The translations under genes and the position numbers were made by a program. From Candidatus Nomurabacteria bacterium (GTDB lineage: Bacteria > Patescibacteriota > Minisyncoccia > Phycocordibacterales > UBA9973), in NCBI GenBank assembly GCA_026396065.1, contig JAPLXO010000003.1, forward strand, positions 1,304 to 65,303: a stretch of DNA of 64,000 nt, in the 5' to 3' direction. Numbering within the stretch: position 1 is the first letter of the stretch; every line of letters starts with the position of its first letter. Shown here one piece after another: positions 56,118-64,000 of this stretch. The notes below the pieces were generated by a model. It had not been told where the DNA came from. It worked only from the letters and a program-made list of their open reading frames with translations, and searched no databases.

Positions 56118-57310
56118 ATTGGATCGGGGATATGAGAGTCCGGAATAAATAAATCCCAGACTTTTCCTGCCACATTGTTTGGTTTGCCAAAGAGAGGGTA
56201 GTGATGCAAATCAATAAAAGGTAAACTATTGCATTCAATAATTCCGCAGTGTTGTTCTTCTTTCCAAGATTTTGTAATGTCTTCAATAATAAAATCTACT
56301 CCTACGAGTGGATCTTTTAAATAAGTACCGATTTTTTCTAGCATTTCTTTATTATCTGGGTGAGTAATATCTGTAACTTCTGTCGTAGTTCCTCCGCAAC
56401 CACGGCTTGTCTTTTGAGAGAAAGTAACCACTCTTCCTTTTTCTGGTATGTCTGACATTTTTATGTTTTCTCTAGCTAGTTCTACTTCTGTCTCGTGGTC
56501 TATTGTAATTTTATGGAAAATCGGTCCATTACGTTCTGGTCTTTCATTTTCTTTATCCATTAGCTCTTTGAGTGTATGAATTCCATCTCCTATTACTTCT
56601 GGTTGATCACGTCTTACCACACCTACTAGTTTACCAGCTACAAGTGTTCCTCTAAAAAGGAAACCATTCAACTCTTCTTCAACTATAACTAATGGAGATA
56701 ATTTTTGAGCTTTTTTAAAACCAGCGATAAGTAATTCAGGAGTAGTGATATGTATCATTGTGTGGCGTGAACGTGAACCAAGGTTTGGTTTTGTAATAAC
56801 TGGTTTTGTGATTCTATTAAAAATCCTCATTGCTTGCCATCTATTCCAAGCAGTTCCACCATTTGCAACAGGAATACCTTCTGATTGAAATCTTATTTTC
56901 ATTATCCCTTTATTATCCATCCATGTAATAGCATCAGAATTTCCTATCGCTGGTCTTGGTAGTCCGTCGAATGTTAGAGTTTTACCTTTATATTCTACAA
57001 GAAAAATATCATGTATTGGTCCCAAATGAAATTCTCTCATTTTTATACCTCGTCTTATTCCTTCTTCCCAAAAACATTTTGTACGCCAAGTATCTATTTT
57101 GTCTGGTGCATCAGTAAAGTGCGCTAATTTTAATGCCACCATTGTTCTAATAAAAGGAAGTGAGATTCTTTTTGAAAGTGCTTCAGCAGTATTTTTAAAA
57201 ATTAATTCCATAAAATCAAAGAATGGTTTGTCGATCATTCCTAATATTACAGAAATATATGCCACGATATGGCTTTCTTGGGCTGGTTCACAATCTTTAC
57301 AATATTTCAT
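56114..57310 (-). CDS. ATP-grasp protein (cyanophycin-synthetase-like)
   Basis: VITKP, P.VIGDG..T..EL, GGT..EVTD..HP, GVD, IECNS.P. Confidence 0.8.
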   Translation of the reverse strand: MKYCKDCEPAQESHIVAYISVILGMIDKPFFDFMELIFKNTAEALSKRISLPFIRTMVALKLAHFTDAPDKIDTWRTKCFWEEGIRRGIKMREFHLGPIHDIFLVEYKGKTLTFDGLPRPAIGNSDAITWMDNKGIMKIRFQSEGIPVANGGTAWNRWQAMRIFNRITKPVITKPNLGSRSRHTMIHITTPELLIAGFKKAQKLSPLVIVEEELNGFLFRGTLVAGKLVGVVRRDQPEVIGDGIHTLKELMDKENERPERNGPIFHKITIDHETEVELARENIKMSDIPEKGRVVTFSQKTSRGCGGTTTEVTDITHPDNKEMLEKIGTYLKDPLVGVDFIIEDITKSWKEEQHCGIIECNSLPFIDLHHYPLFGKPNNVAGKVWDLFIPDSHIPDPI

Positions 57311-57348
57311 AATTGCTATTATAACACAAAAAAAGAGCTGGTTGTATT

Positions 57349-57999
57349 TTAATGCGCTATTGCGAAAGCAATTATTTTTTTGGCGCCTTTTTGTTTTAAT
57401 ACTTTTTTAGCTTCATTAAATGTCGCGCCTGTAGTAGTTACATCGTCTATTAATATTATATTTCTATTTTTTATTTTCTCACTATTTTTTATTTCAAAAG
57501 AATTACAAAGATTTTTTAATCTAATATTTCTGTCACGAATTTTTGCCTGATGTTCTGTCTCTTTTGTTTTTATTAAAACATTTGTTACTAAAGTTAAATT
57601 TTTTTCTGTATCAAGGTCTACTAATTTTTTGCAAATTAATTCTGCTTGATTGAAACCGCGCTCGTGCATTCGCTTTTTTGAAAGGGGAATGGGAATTAGT
57701 ATTGGCTCGCGGAAATTTTCGAATATTGTTAGATCTGCAAGTTCTTCGGCTATCTTGCCATGTAAAGCTTCCGCGAAAATTTCCGCGAGCCTTCTTTTGC
57801 CTTTATACTTTAAAAGCCAAATAGCTTTTTTTGTTGGAATATGTCGATAGTCGTATAAAGGAAAAATCCAATTTGTAGTTTCTCTCTCAGCTGTAGGAGA
57901 TTTTATTATGCAATCCAAACACAAATCCACCCCCTTTTTACTACAGGAAATGCAATTCACAGGGAAAATGAAATTTAAGATGGTGTTTAAAAGTTTCAT
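57349..57999 (-). CDS. comF: ComF family competence protein
   Basis: CxxC, LKY, PIPLS..R..ERGFNQ, LIDDVTTTGAT. Confidence 0.92.
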   Translation of the reverse strand: MKLLNTILNFIFPVNCISCSKKGVDLCLDCIIKSPTAERETTNWIFPLYDYRHIPTKKAIWLLKYKGKRRLAEIFAEALHGKIAEELADLTIFENFREPILIPIPLSKKRMHERGFNQAELICKKLVDLDTEKNLTLVTNVLIKTKETEHQAKIRDRNIRLKNLCNSFEIKNSEKIKNRNIILIDDVTTTGATFNEAKKVLKQKGAKKIIAFAIAH

Positions 58000-58066
58000 T
58001 TGTGATATAATACATAGGTATTTTATCACAGGTTAAGATGTTTCAATATAAATTTATCAACAATTA

Positions 58067-59197
58067 ATGGCGAATCCTTTGCAAAAAATAATAGACATAG
58101 GCAAGAGTATTTTCTCAAATAGTTCTTCTGGAAGTGCTGTAGGCATAGATATAGGCACTTCGGCTATTAAAATAGTCGAAATAAAGAAGAAAGGAGGAAA
58201 AGCAGTTTTGGAAACTTACGGTTCAGTTTCGCTCGGTTCTTATGCTAGCGTAGAAAATGGACGAGTTACAAATTTGCCAGCTGAAAAGATTGCTCTTGCA
58301 TTAAAAGAAGTTTTAAAGGAGTCTGATGTATCTACTAAGTCTTCGGCTCTTTCTATTTCTTCACAATCAAGCCTAATTTTCACTATTGAAATTCCTCCAA
58401 ATATAAAAGAAAGTTCTTTGTCTACTATTATTCCAACAGAAGCTCGTAAATATATTCCTGTTCCTATTACTGAAGTTTCACTTGATTGGTTCATTCTTCC
58501 TAAAAAAGAACCTTCTTTTGAAGAAGAGAATAATCCCGATCTTCCAATAGCTGAAGCACAAAAAACTGAAGTTTTAGTAGTTGCCATTGAAAATGATGCA
58601 ATTGCAAAATATCAATCTGTCGTAACTACTTGTTCTCTCGATGCAGCATTTTTTGAACTGGAAGTTTTTTCTTCAATTAGGGCAAATTTTGATCACGAGC
58701 TTTCACCAGTACTTTTACTGGATTTTGGTGCAAGTAAAGTAAAACTTTCAATTGTAGAATTTGGTGCAGTAAAAAGTTTTCATATTATAAATCGTGGTGG
58801 TGCAGATATTACAGAATCAATTTCAAAATCTTTATCTATAGATTTTCCAAAAGCAGAAGAGATGAAGAGGGAATTTGGACTTTTAGGTAATTCAACTGAA
58901 AAAAATCTTACAGAAATAATAAAAACACACATTGACTATGTATTTTCAGAAACAAATAGTGTATTATTAGGATACGAGAAAAAATATAATAAAACTATTA
59001 GTAAAGTAATATTGACTGGTGGGGGATCTTTATTAAAAGGTTTCAAAGAAATGTCTGTTGGTAATTTTCCTGTTCAAGTAGAGGTTGGTACACCTTTTTC
59101 AAAAGTAAGTGCGCCTGTTTTTTTAGAAAAAGTATTATTGGCGACTGGTCCTGAGTTTGCTGTCGCTCTAGGTCTTGCTTTGAGGAAACTACAATGA
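58067..59197 (+). CDS. pilM: Type IV pilus assembly protein PilM (copy 2)
   Basis: GIDIGTSAIK, EARKYIP, DFGA, LTGGG, ALGLALR. Confidence 0.92.
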   Translation: MANPLQKIIDIGKSIFSNSSSGSAVGIDIGTSAIKIVEIKKKGGKAVLETYGSVSLGSYASVENGRVTNLPAEKIALALKEVLKESDVSTKSSALSISSQSSLIFTIEIPPNIKESSLSTIIPTEARKYIPVPITEVSLDWFILPKKEPSFEEENNPDLPIAEAQKTEVLVVAIENDAIAKYQSVVTTCSLDAAFFELEVFSSIRANFDHELSPVLLLDFGASKVKLSIVEFGAVKSFHIINRGGADITESISKSLSIDFPKAEEMKREFGLLGNSTEKNLTEIIKTHIDYVFSETNSVLLGYEKKYNKTISKVILTGGGSLLKGFKEMSVGNFPVQVEVGTPFSKVSAPVFLEKVLLATGPEFAVALGLALRKLQ

Positions 59198-59237
59198 GAT
59201 AATATATAGGGTAGTCTCGTAAAAATTTTATATTAAT

Positions 59238-59843
59238 ATGGATCAAAATTTTCAAACATCATTCATACCAAAGAAGCCTTTAGCAGAGGATGTTGTTGTG
59301 CGTTCTGGTTCAGTTAATATTTTTTTAATATTATCTATTTTTGCCTTTTTTGCTGTAATTTTAGGATCTGGTGGACTTTATTTTTATAAAGGAGTTCTAG
59401 CTAAACAAGTTGATACAATGTCTACAAATCTTAATTTGGCCAAGGGTAGATTTGAGCCTACTGAGATTACTAGATTACAAACATTAGACAAAAGATTAAA
59501 CGCAGCAGAAGAGCTTCTTTCAAACCACGTCGCTATTTCTCAAATTTTTACTATTTTACAGCAATATACATTAAAGACTATTCGTTATACAAAATTTTCT
59601 TCATCAATTGCAGATCCTGCTGGTTTAAAAGTCAACGTAAAAATGAGTGGTCAGGCTATTGGTTATAGGTCAGTAGCTCTTCAAGCCGACATGTTTAGTA
59701 AAAATAAAAATATTATTGATCCATCTTTTACCAATCTTTCATTAGACAATAAAGGGAATGTTTTGTTTGATCTTGATTTTTCTGTTGATCCAACTTTTGT
59801 AAATTATAAACAAGTTATTATGAATAATTCAACCTCACAATAA
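59238..59843 (+). CDS. PilN-like protein
   Basis: Single TM helix, position after pilM. Confidence 0.7.
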   Translation: MDQNFQTSFIPKKPLAEDVVVRSGSVNIFLILSIFAFFAVILGSGGLYFYKGVLAKQVDTMSTNLNLAKGRFEPTEITRLQTLDKRLNAAEELLSNHVAISQIFTILQQYTLKTIRYTKFSSSIADPAGLKVNVKMSGQAIGYRSVALQADMFSKNKNIIDPSFTNLSLDNKGNVLFDLDFSVDPTFVNYKQVIMNNSTSQ

Positions 59844-59846
59844 TAT

Positions 59847-60437
59847 ATGAGATTCTTTTTCCCTATAATTTTAATAGGAATTTCAATCGGTTGTTTTTTC
59901 ATGTTTTTAAATCCATTTTATACTGAGATAAAAAATTCAAAGACAACAATAGCATCTTATGATGAAGCATTAAATAATTCAAAAGCATTAGAAGCACAGC
60001 GCGATATTCTTGCTACTAAATATAATTCTATTGATACTGAAAATCTAAGAAAATTAGCAGTTCTTCTTCCTGATGGAGTAGATAACATTCGTCTTATTTT
60101 AGAAATTGAAAATATTGCTTCTCCATATGGAATGGTATTAAAAGATGTAAAATACAGTACAGTAGCTCCAGAGACAGCTGTTACAGGTCAAGGTAAGTCT
60201 TTAAAATCAGCAGCTTTAGTACGAAAAGATTACGGAAATTGGGATCTTGAGTTTTCAACTGAAGGAACTTATCAGAATTTTTTAAATCTTTTAAAAGATC
60301 TTGAACACAATCTTCGTATTGTAGATATATCATCTATAAACTTTTCCTCTGATACTGGCGGAGTATCTCTTTCTACTGCTTCTTCCAATACTTATAAATT
60401 TAGTTTTAAAATTAAAACTTATTGGTTAAAAAATTAA
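59847..60437 (+). CDS. PilO-like protein
   Basis: TM helix, LLP, GTY.NF..LL.DLE..LRIVDI. Confidence 0.8.
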   Translation: MRFFFPIILIGISIGCFFMFLNPFYTEIKNSKTTIASYDEALNNSKALEAQRDILATKYNSIDTENLRKLAVLLPDGVDNIRLILEIENIASPYGMVLKDVKYSTVAPETAVTGQGKSLKSAALVRKDYGNWDLEFSTEGTYQNFLNLLKDLEHNLRIVDISSINFSSDTGGVSLSTASSNTYKFSFKIKTYWLKN

Positions 60438-60439
60438 TT

Positions 60440-60937
60440 ATGTCACCAAAAATAAAAAATATAATAATATTCTTGGTTATCGGTATCGTAGTCGTCGGTG
60501 CTTATTTTGTTTTCTTTAATAAAAAAACACCAACTAATAAACCTGCTCTTACTACATCTACCGGAGCACAAGCTAAAATACCTACAACAACAGCTAAAGA
60601 TGCCACTAAACCAGTAGGTCAAGAATTTTTATCTATTTTATTAAATGTTAAAAATATCAAATTAAATGATGCTATTTTTTCTGAAAATGCTTTTACTGCA
60701 TTAAAAGATTCTAGTATTACTTTAGTTTCAGAAGGAAATGAAGGACGAGCTAATCCTTTTGCACCTATTGGTTCTGATGCTTTAGTCACTCCACCACCAG
60801 TAGTTCCACCGATAACATCAGGTGCAGTTGATACAACTCTTACACCTACAGGAACAAATAATAATCTTTCACCTAACTTAAATGCTTCTACTCCACCACC
60901 TGGTATTACAGCAGGTGGTGATGGAGTAACGCAATAA
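60440..60937 (+). CDS. PilP-position membrane protein, P/T-rich tail
   Basis: TM helix, GRANPFAP motif. Confidence 0.6.
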   Translation: MSPKIKNIIIFLVIGIVVVGAYFVFFNKKTPTNKPALTTSTGAQAKIPTTTAKDATKPVGQEFLSILLNVKNIKLNDAIFSENAFTALKDSSITLVSEGNEGRANPFAPIGSDALVTPPPVVPPITSGAVDTTLTPTGTNNNLSPNLNASTPPPGITAGGDGVTQ

Positions 60938-60944
60938 TAAAATT

Positions 60945-62693
60945 ATGAGTTTTTTAGAAGAACTTGCTAAAAAAGGAGTTATAGAAGAAAGCCAAATAGG
61001 AGAGATTAAAAATCGAGCTGATGAAAAGTATGAAGGCAGTATCGATGACGCACTCTCTGAATTTGGAGTTTCAGATGAAATTGCTTTAAAAACAAAAGGA
61101 GAGTATTTTGCTATGCCAACAAAAAATGTCGTAGTTAAATCACTTTCTTTTGAGGCATTAAAATATATACCAGAAGATTCTGCTAGGCATTACAATTTTG
61201 CTCCTATTAGTTTGAAAGATGGGGTTTTGGAAGTCGGTGTTACAGATCCTGAAAATATTGCTGCAATGGATGCATTACAATTTATTTCTGATAAATTAAA
61301 CACACCCTTTAAGATTTTTTTAATTTCAAAAAATAATTATAAAGAAATTATGGAAAATTATAAAGGTATTACGGGTTCAATGTCAGATGAATTGGAAAAA
61401 TTTGATTCAGAAGAATTAAAAAATACAAAAGAAATCACAGAAGCAGCGCTCAGCAGTGATTTAAAAGATATAAAACCAGGTGAGGAAGCCAAGATTGTTG
61501 AGTCAGCTCCAGTTATAAAAATTGTTGCAGTTATTTTAAGAAATGCTATTGAGGGTGGAGCTTCCGATATACATATAGAATTTAATGGAGAAAAAGTGAA
61601 AGTTCGATATCGTGTCGATGGTATTTTACATACAACAATTGTATTACCTTCAAACATTTATAGTGGAGTCGTGGCTCGTATAAAAATTCTTGCTAAATTA
61701 CGATTAGATGAAAAAAGAAAACCACAAGATGGATCTTTCTCTGCAAATTTTGATGGTAGAAAAATAGATTTTCGTGTTTCTACAATGCCATCGTATTATG
61801 GAGAGAAGGTTGTGATGCGTATTTTAGATTCTGAACAGGGTGTAAAACCTCTTGATACTTTAGGCCTATCAAAAAGAAATATTGCATTAGTTCGCGAAGC
61901 AATTACTAAACCTTATGGTCTTATTTTAATAACAGGGCCAACAGGATCTGGAAAATCTACTACACTTTATTCTATGATAAATGAATTGGATAAAGAAAAA
62001 AGTAATATCGTTTCACTTGAAGATCCTATTGAATACCATATTTCAGGTATTAACCAATCTCAAATGATGCCAGAAATTGGTTATACTTTTGCCTCTGGAC
62101 TTCGTTCTATATTGCGTCAGGACCCTGATATTATTTTGGTTGGAGAAATTCGTGATAAAGAGACAGCACAGCTTGCTATTCAAGCAGCATTGACTGGTCA
62201 TTTAGTGCTTTCAACTTTACACACAAATAATGCAATAGGCGCAGTACCTAGACTTGTAGATATGGGTGTAGATCCTTATTTAATTGCTCCAACTTTAATT
62301 TTATCAGTTGCTCAACGTTTATCACGACTAACTTTTCCTTCTTCAAGAAAATTAGTACCTATGGATCCTAGCGTTAAAGCTCAATTTGAAAAGACTATTT
62401 CTGATTTACCAGAAGAATTTAAAAATGAAATTGTTCTTGGTAATGAAATGTATGAAACTATTCCTTCAGCAGAATGTCCTACAGGTACAAAAGGACGTAT
62501 AGCAGTATACGAAATGTTTAAAATAGATAAAGATATGCAAGATGTTATATTAAAAAATCCTGTTGGTTCAGAAATTTACAAAACAGCACGTAAAGGCGGG
62601 ATGCTTATGATGCAAGAAGATGCTATGCTTAAAGCGGTAGCTGGTACAATACCATTTTCCGAAGTGTATAACTTTAATAGTGATATTAATTAA
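60945..62693 (+). CDS. pilB: Type IV pilus extension ATPase (PilB/GspE)
   Basis: ASDIHIE, RVDG, GPTGSGKSTTLY, LRQDPD, TGHLVLSTLHTN. Confidence 0.93.
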   Translation: MSFLEELAKKGVIEESQIGEIKNRADEKYEGSIDDALSEFGVSDEIALKTKGEYFAMPTKNVVVKSLSFEALKYIPEDSARHYNFAPISLKDGVLEVGVTDPENIAAMDALQFISDKLNTPFKIFLISKNNYKEIMENYKGITGSMSDELEKFDSEELKNTKEITEAALSSDLKDIKPGEEAKIVESAPVIKIVAVILRNAIEGGASDIHIEFNGEKVKVRYRVDGILHTTIVLPSNIYSGVVARIKILAKLRLDEKRKPQDGSFSANFDGRKIDFRVSTMPSYYGEKVVMRILDSEQGVKPLDTLGLSKRNIALVREAITKPYGLILITGPTGSGKSTTLYSMINELDKEKSNIVSLEDPIEYHISGINQSQMMPEIGYTFASGLRSILRQDPDIILVGEIRDKETAQLAIQAALTGHLVLSTLHTNNAIGAVPRLVDMGVDPYLIAPTLILSVAQRLSRLTFPSSRKLVPMDPSVKAQFEKTISDLPEEFKNEIVLGNEMYETIPSAECPTGTKGRIAVYEMFKIDKDMQDVILKNPVGSEIYKTARKGGMLMMQEDAMLKAVAGTIPFSEVYNFNSDIN

Positions 62694-62723
62694 AATATAT
62701 TATAATTAACTTAGTATAATCAT

Positions 62724-63110
62724 ATGAATCCAGATAAAAGAAAAATTTTAATAGTCGATGATGATACATTTCTTATAGATATGTATGCACTTAAATTTAG
62801 TCAGGGAGATTTCGAGGTTTACACAGCTCCTAGTGCGAAAGAAGCATTGGAAAAAATACAAGGTGGTCTTGTGCCAGATATGATACTTCTTGATATTATG
62901 ATGCCAGAGATGGATGGTTTTGAGATGTTAGAAAAAATGAATACAGATAAATTGGCGACTTCTTCTATTAAGGTGATTCTTTCAAATAAAGGACAACAAG
63001 CTGATATTGATCGAGGGCATGAATTGGGGGCTACAGACTATATAATCAAAGCCACTAGTACACCAGCTGAAGTAGTAGACAAAGTAGTAGCAATTTTAGC
63101 TAAGAAATAA
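62724..63110 (+). CDS. Single-domain response regulator
   Basis: ILIVDDD, LLDIMMPEMDG, YIIK. Confidence 0.92.
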   Translation: MNPDKRKILIVDDDTFLIDMYALKFSQGDFEVYTAPSAKEALEKIQGGLVPDMILLDIMMPEMDGFEMLEKMNTDKLATSSIKVILSNKGQQADIDRGHELGATDYIIKATSTPAEVVDKVVAILAKK

Positions 63111-63153
63111 TTGATTTAGTAAAATCATGCCTTGGGCATAAAATAATATATAT

Positions 63154-64000
63154 ATGGATTATCAAAAAACACTTGAAGATTTAATATCAGAAGTAATAAG
63201 AGAAGGTGGCTCTGATTTACACTTGGGTGCTGGTCATGTGCCAGCTATCCGTGTGGCTGGAGAGTTAATTTTTCTTGTAAAATATCCAGAACTTTCAAAA
63301 GAAGACATGACGGGAATCTTACCTTTGCTTTTAGATAAGGCTAAACTAGATAAATTTAATTTAAATCAAGAAATCGATTTCGCTTATGACTTTAAAGGAC
63401 AAGCACGTCTTCGTGGAAATGCTTTTTTCCAAAAAGGACTTATTGGTATTGCACTTAGATTAATTCCAAAAGTTAAACCACTTGTAGAATTAAACCTTCC
63501 ACCAATTATTGCTGAACTTGCCAGAAAGAAACAAGGATTTTTTCTTTGTGTTGGTCCTGTAGGTCAAGGAAAATCTTCTACTTTGGCAGCAATGATTGAT
63601 CTTATAAATAGTGAAGAGGCCAGCCATATTGTTACTATTGAAGATCCAATTGAGCACATGTACACTCCTAAAAAATCAATTATTAATCAACGTGAAGTAG
63701 GAATAGATACACAAGATTTTCATATTGCGCTCAAAGGTGTTTTTCGTGAAGATGTGAATGTAATCATGATAGGGGAAATGCGTAACCAAGAGACTATAAG
63801 CGCTGCAGTAACAGCCGCTGAGACAGGCCACTTGGTTCTCTCAACACTTCACACAAACAATGCTTCACAGACAATCGACCGTATTATTGATAGTTTTCCT
63901 GGTAATCAACAGGATCAAATTCGTACACAGCTCGCTTCTAGTTTAATTGGTATTTTTTCTCAACGTTTAGTACCTAAAATTACAGGGGGATTAGTGCCAG
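63154..64000 (+). CDS. pilT: Pilus retraction ATPase PilT (runs off window end)
   Basis: Manual translation: GSDLHL, GPVGQGKSSTLAAMID, TIEDPIE, GEMR, AAETGHLVLSTLHT. Confidence 0.92.
   Translation, partial: MDYQKTLEDLISEVIREGGSDLHLGAGHVPAIRVAGELIFLVKYPELSKEDMTGILPLLLDKAKLDKFNLNQEIDFAYDFKGQARLRGNAFFQKGLIGIALRLIPKVKPLVELNLPPIIAELARKKQGFFLCVGPVGQGKSSTLAAMIDLINSEEASHIVTIEDPIEHMYTPKKSIINQREVGIDTQDFHIALKGVFREDVNVIMIGEMRNQETISAAVTAAETGHLVLSTLHTNNASQTIDRIIDSFPGNQQDQIRTQLASSLIGIFSQRLVPKITGGLVP

Noticed and set aside
1-64000. Alternative genetic code (UGA=Gly) and additional DGR target VRs
   Set aside because: argS and pilM end at TGA and conserved genes are full length under code 11; no second TR-like segment was seen by eye, although a computational search is needed to exclude one.

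Overview
AT-rich bacterial chromosome segment, standard code (TGA used as stop), with the gene content of a Patescibacteria/CPR (Parcubacteria-like) cell: secE-nusG-rplK without rplA, two pilMNO clusters plus pilB/pilT/comF, thymidylate-cycle genes, argS, ileS, recG, lower glycolysis and 7 tRNAs. The taxon call is an inference. Main accessory systems: (1) a complete diversity-generating retroelement at 43.5-46.0 kb (membrane-anchored target, VR/TR pair with 17 mismatches all at TR adenines, avd, RT). Its avd and RT genes are head-to-head across a (GT)11 tract that sets the reading frame of both upstream ATGs. (2) A ~4.2-kb serine-recombinase element carrying a C-protein/REase/C5-MTase cassette, integrated at the 3' end of tRNA-Ser(TGA). 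Its attachment site lies inside the recombinase gene, and it carries an internal inverted ~300-bp copy of its own joined ends. (3) A solo Cas2/PaaX-C-like gene bracketed by two 20-bp palindromes. (4) In-frame palindromic mini-insertions in ileS, recG, folA and the RT. Other oddities: a tRNA-Ser with ACT anticodon, an ultrashort-stem-I ileS T-box with a terminator, a histidine-phosphatase domain inside IleRS, a PGM-pyruvate kinase fusion and a nonsense-disrupted CYTH gene. All calls come from reading the sequence; no database searches were run.
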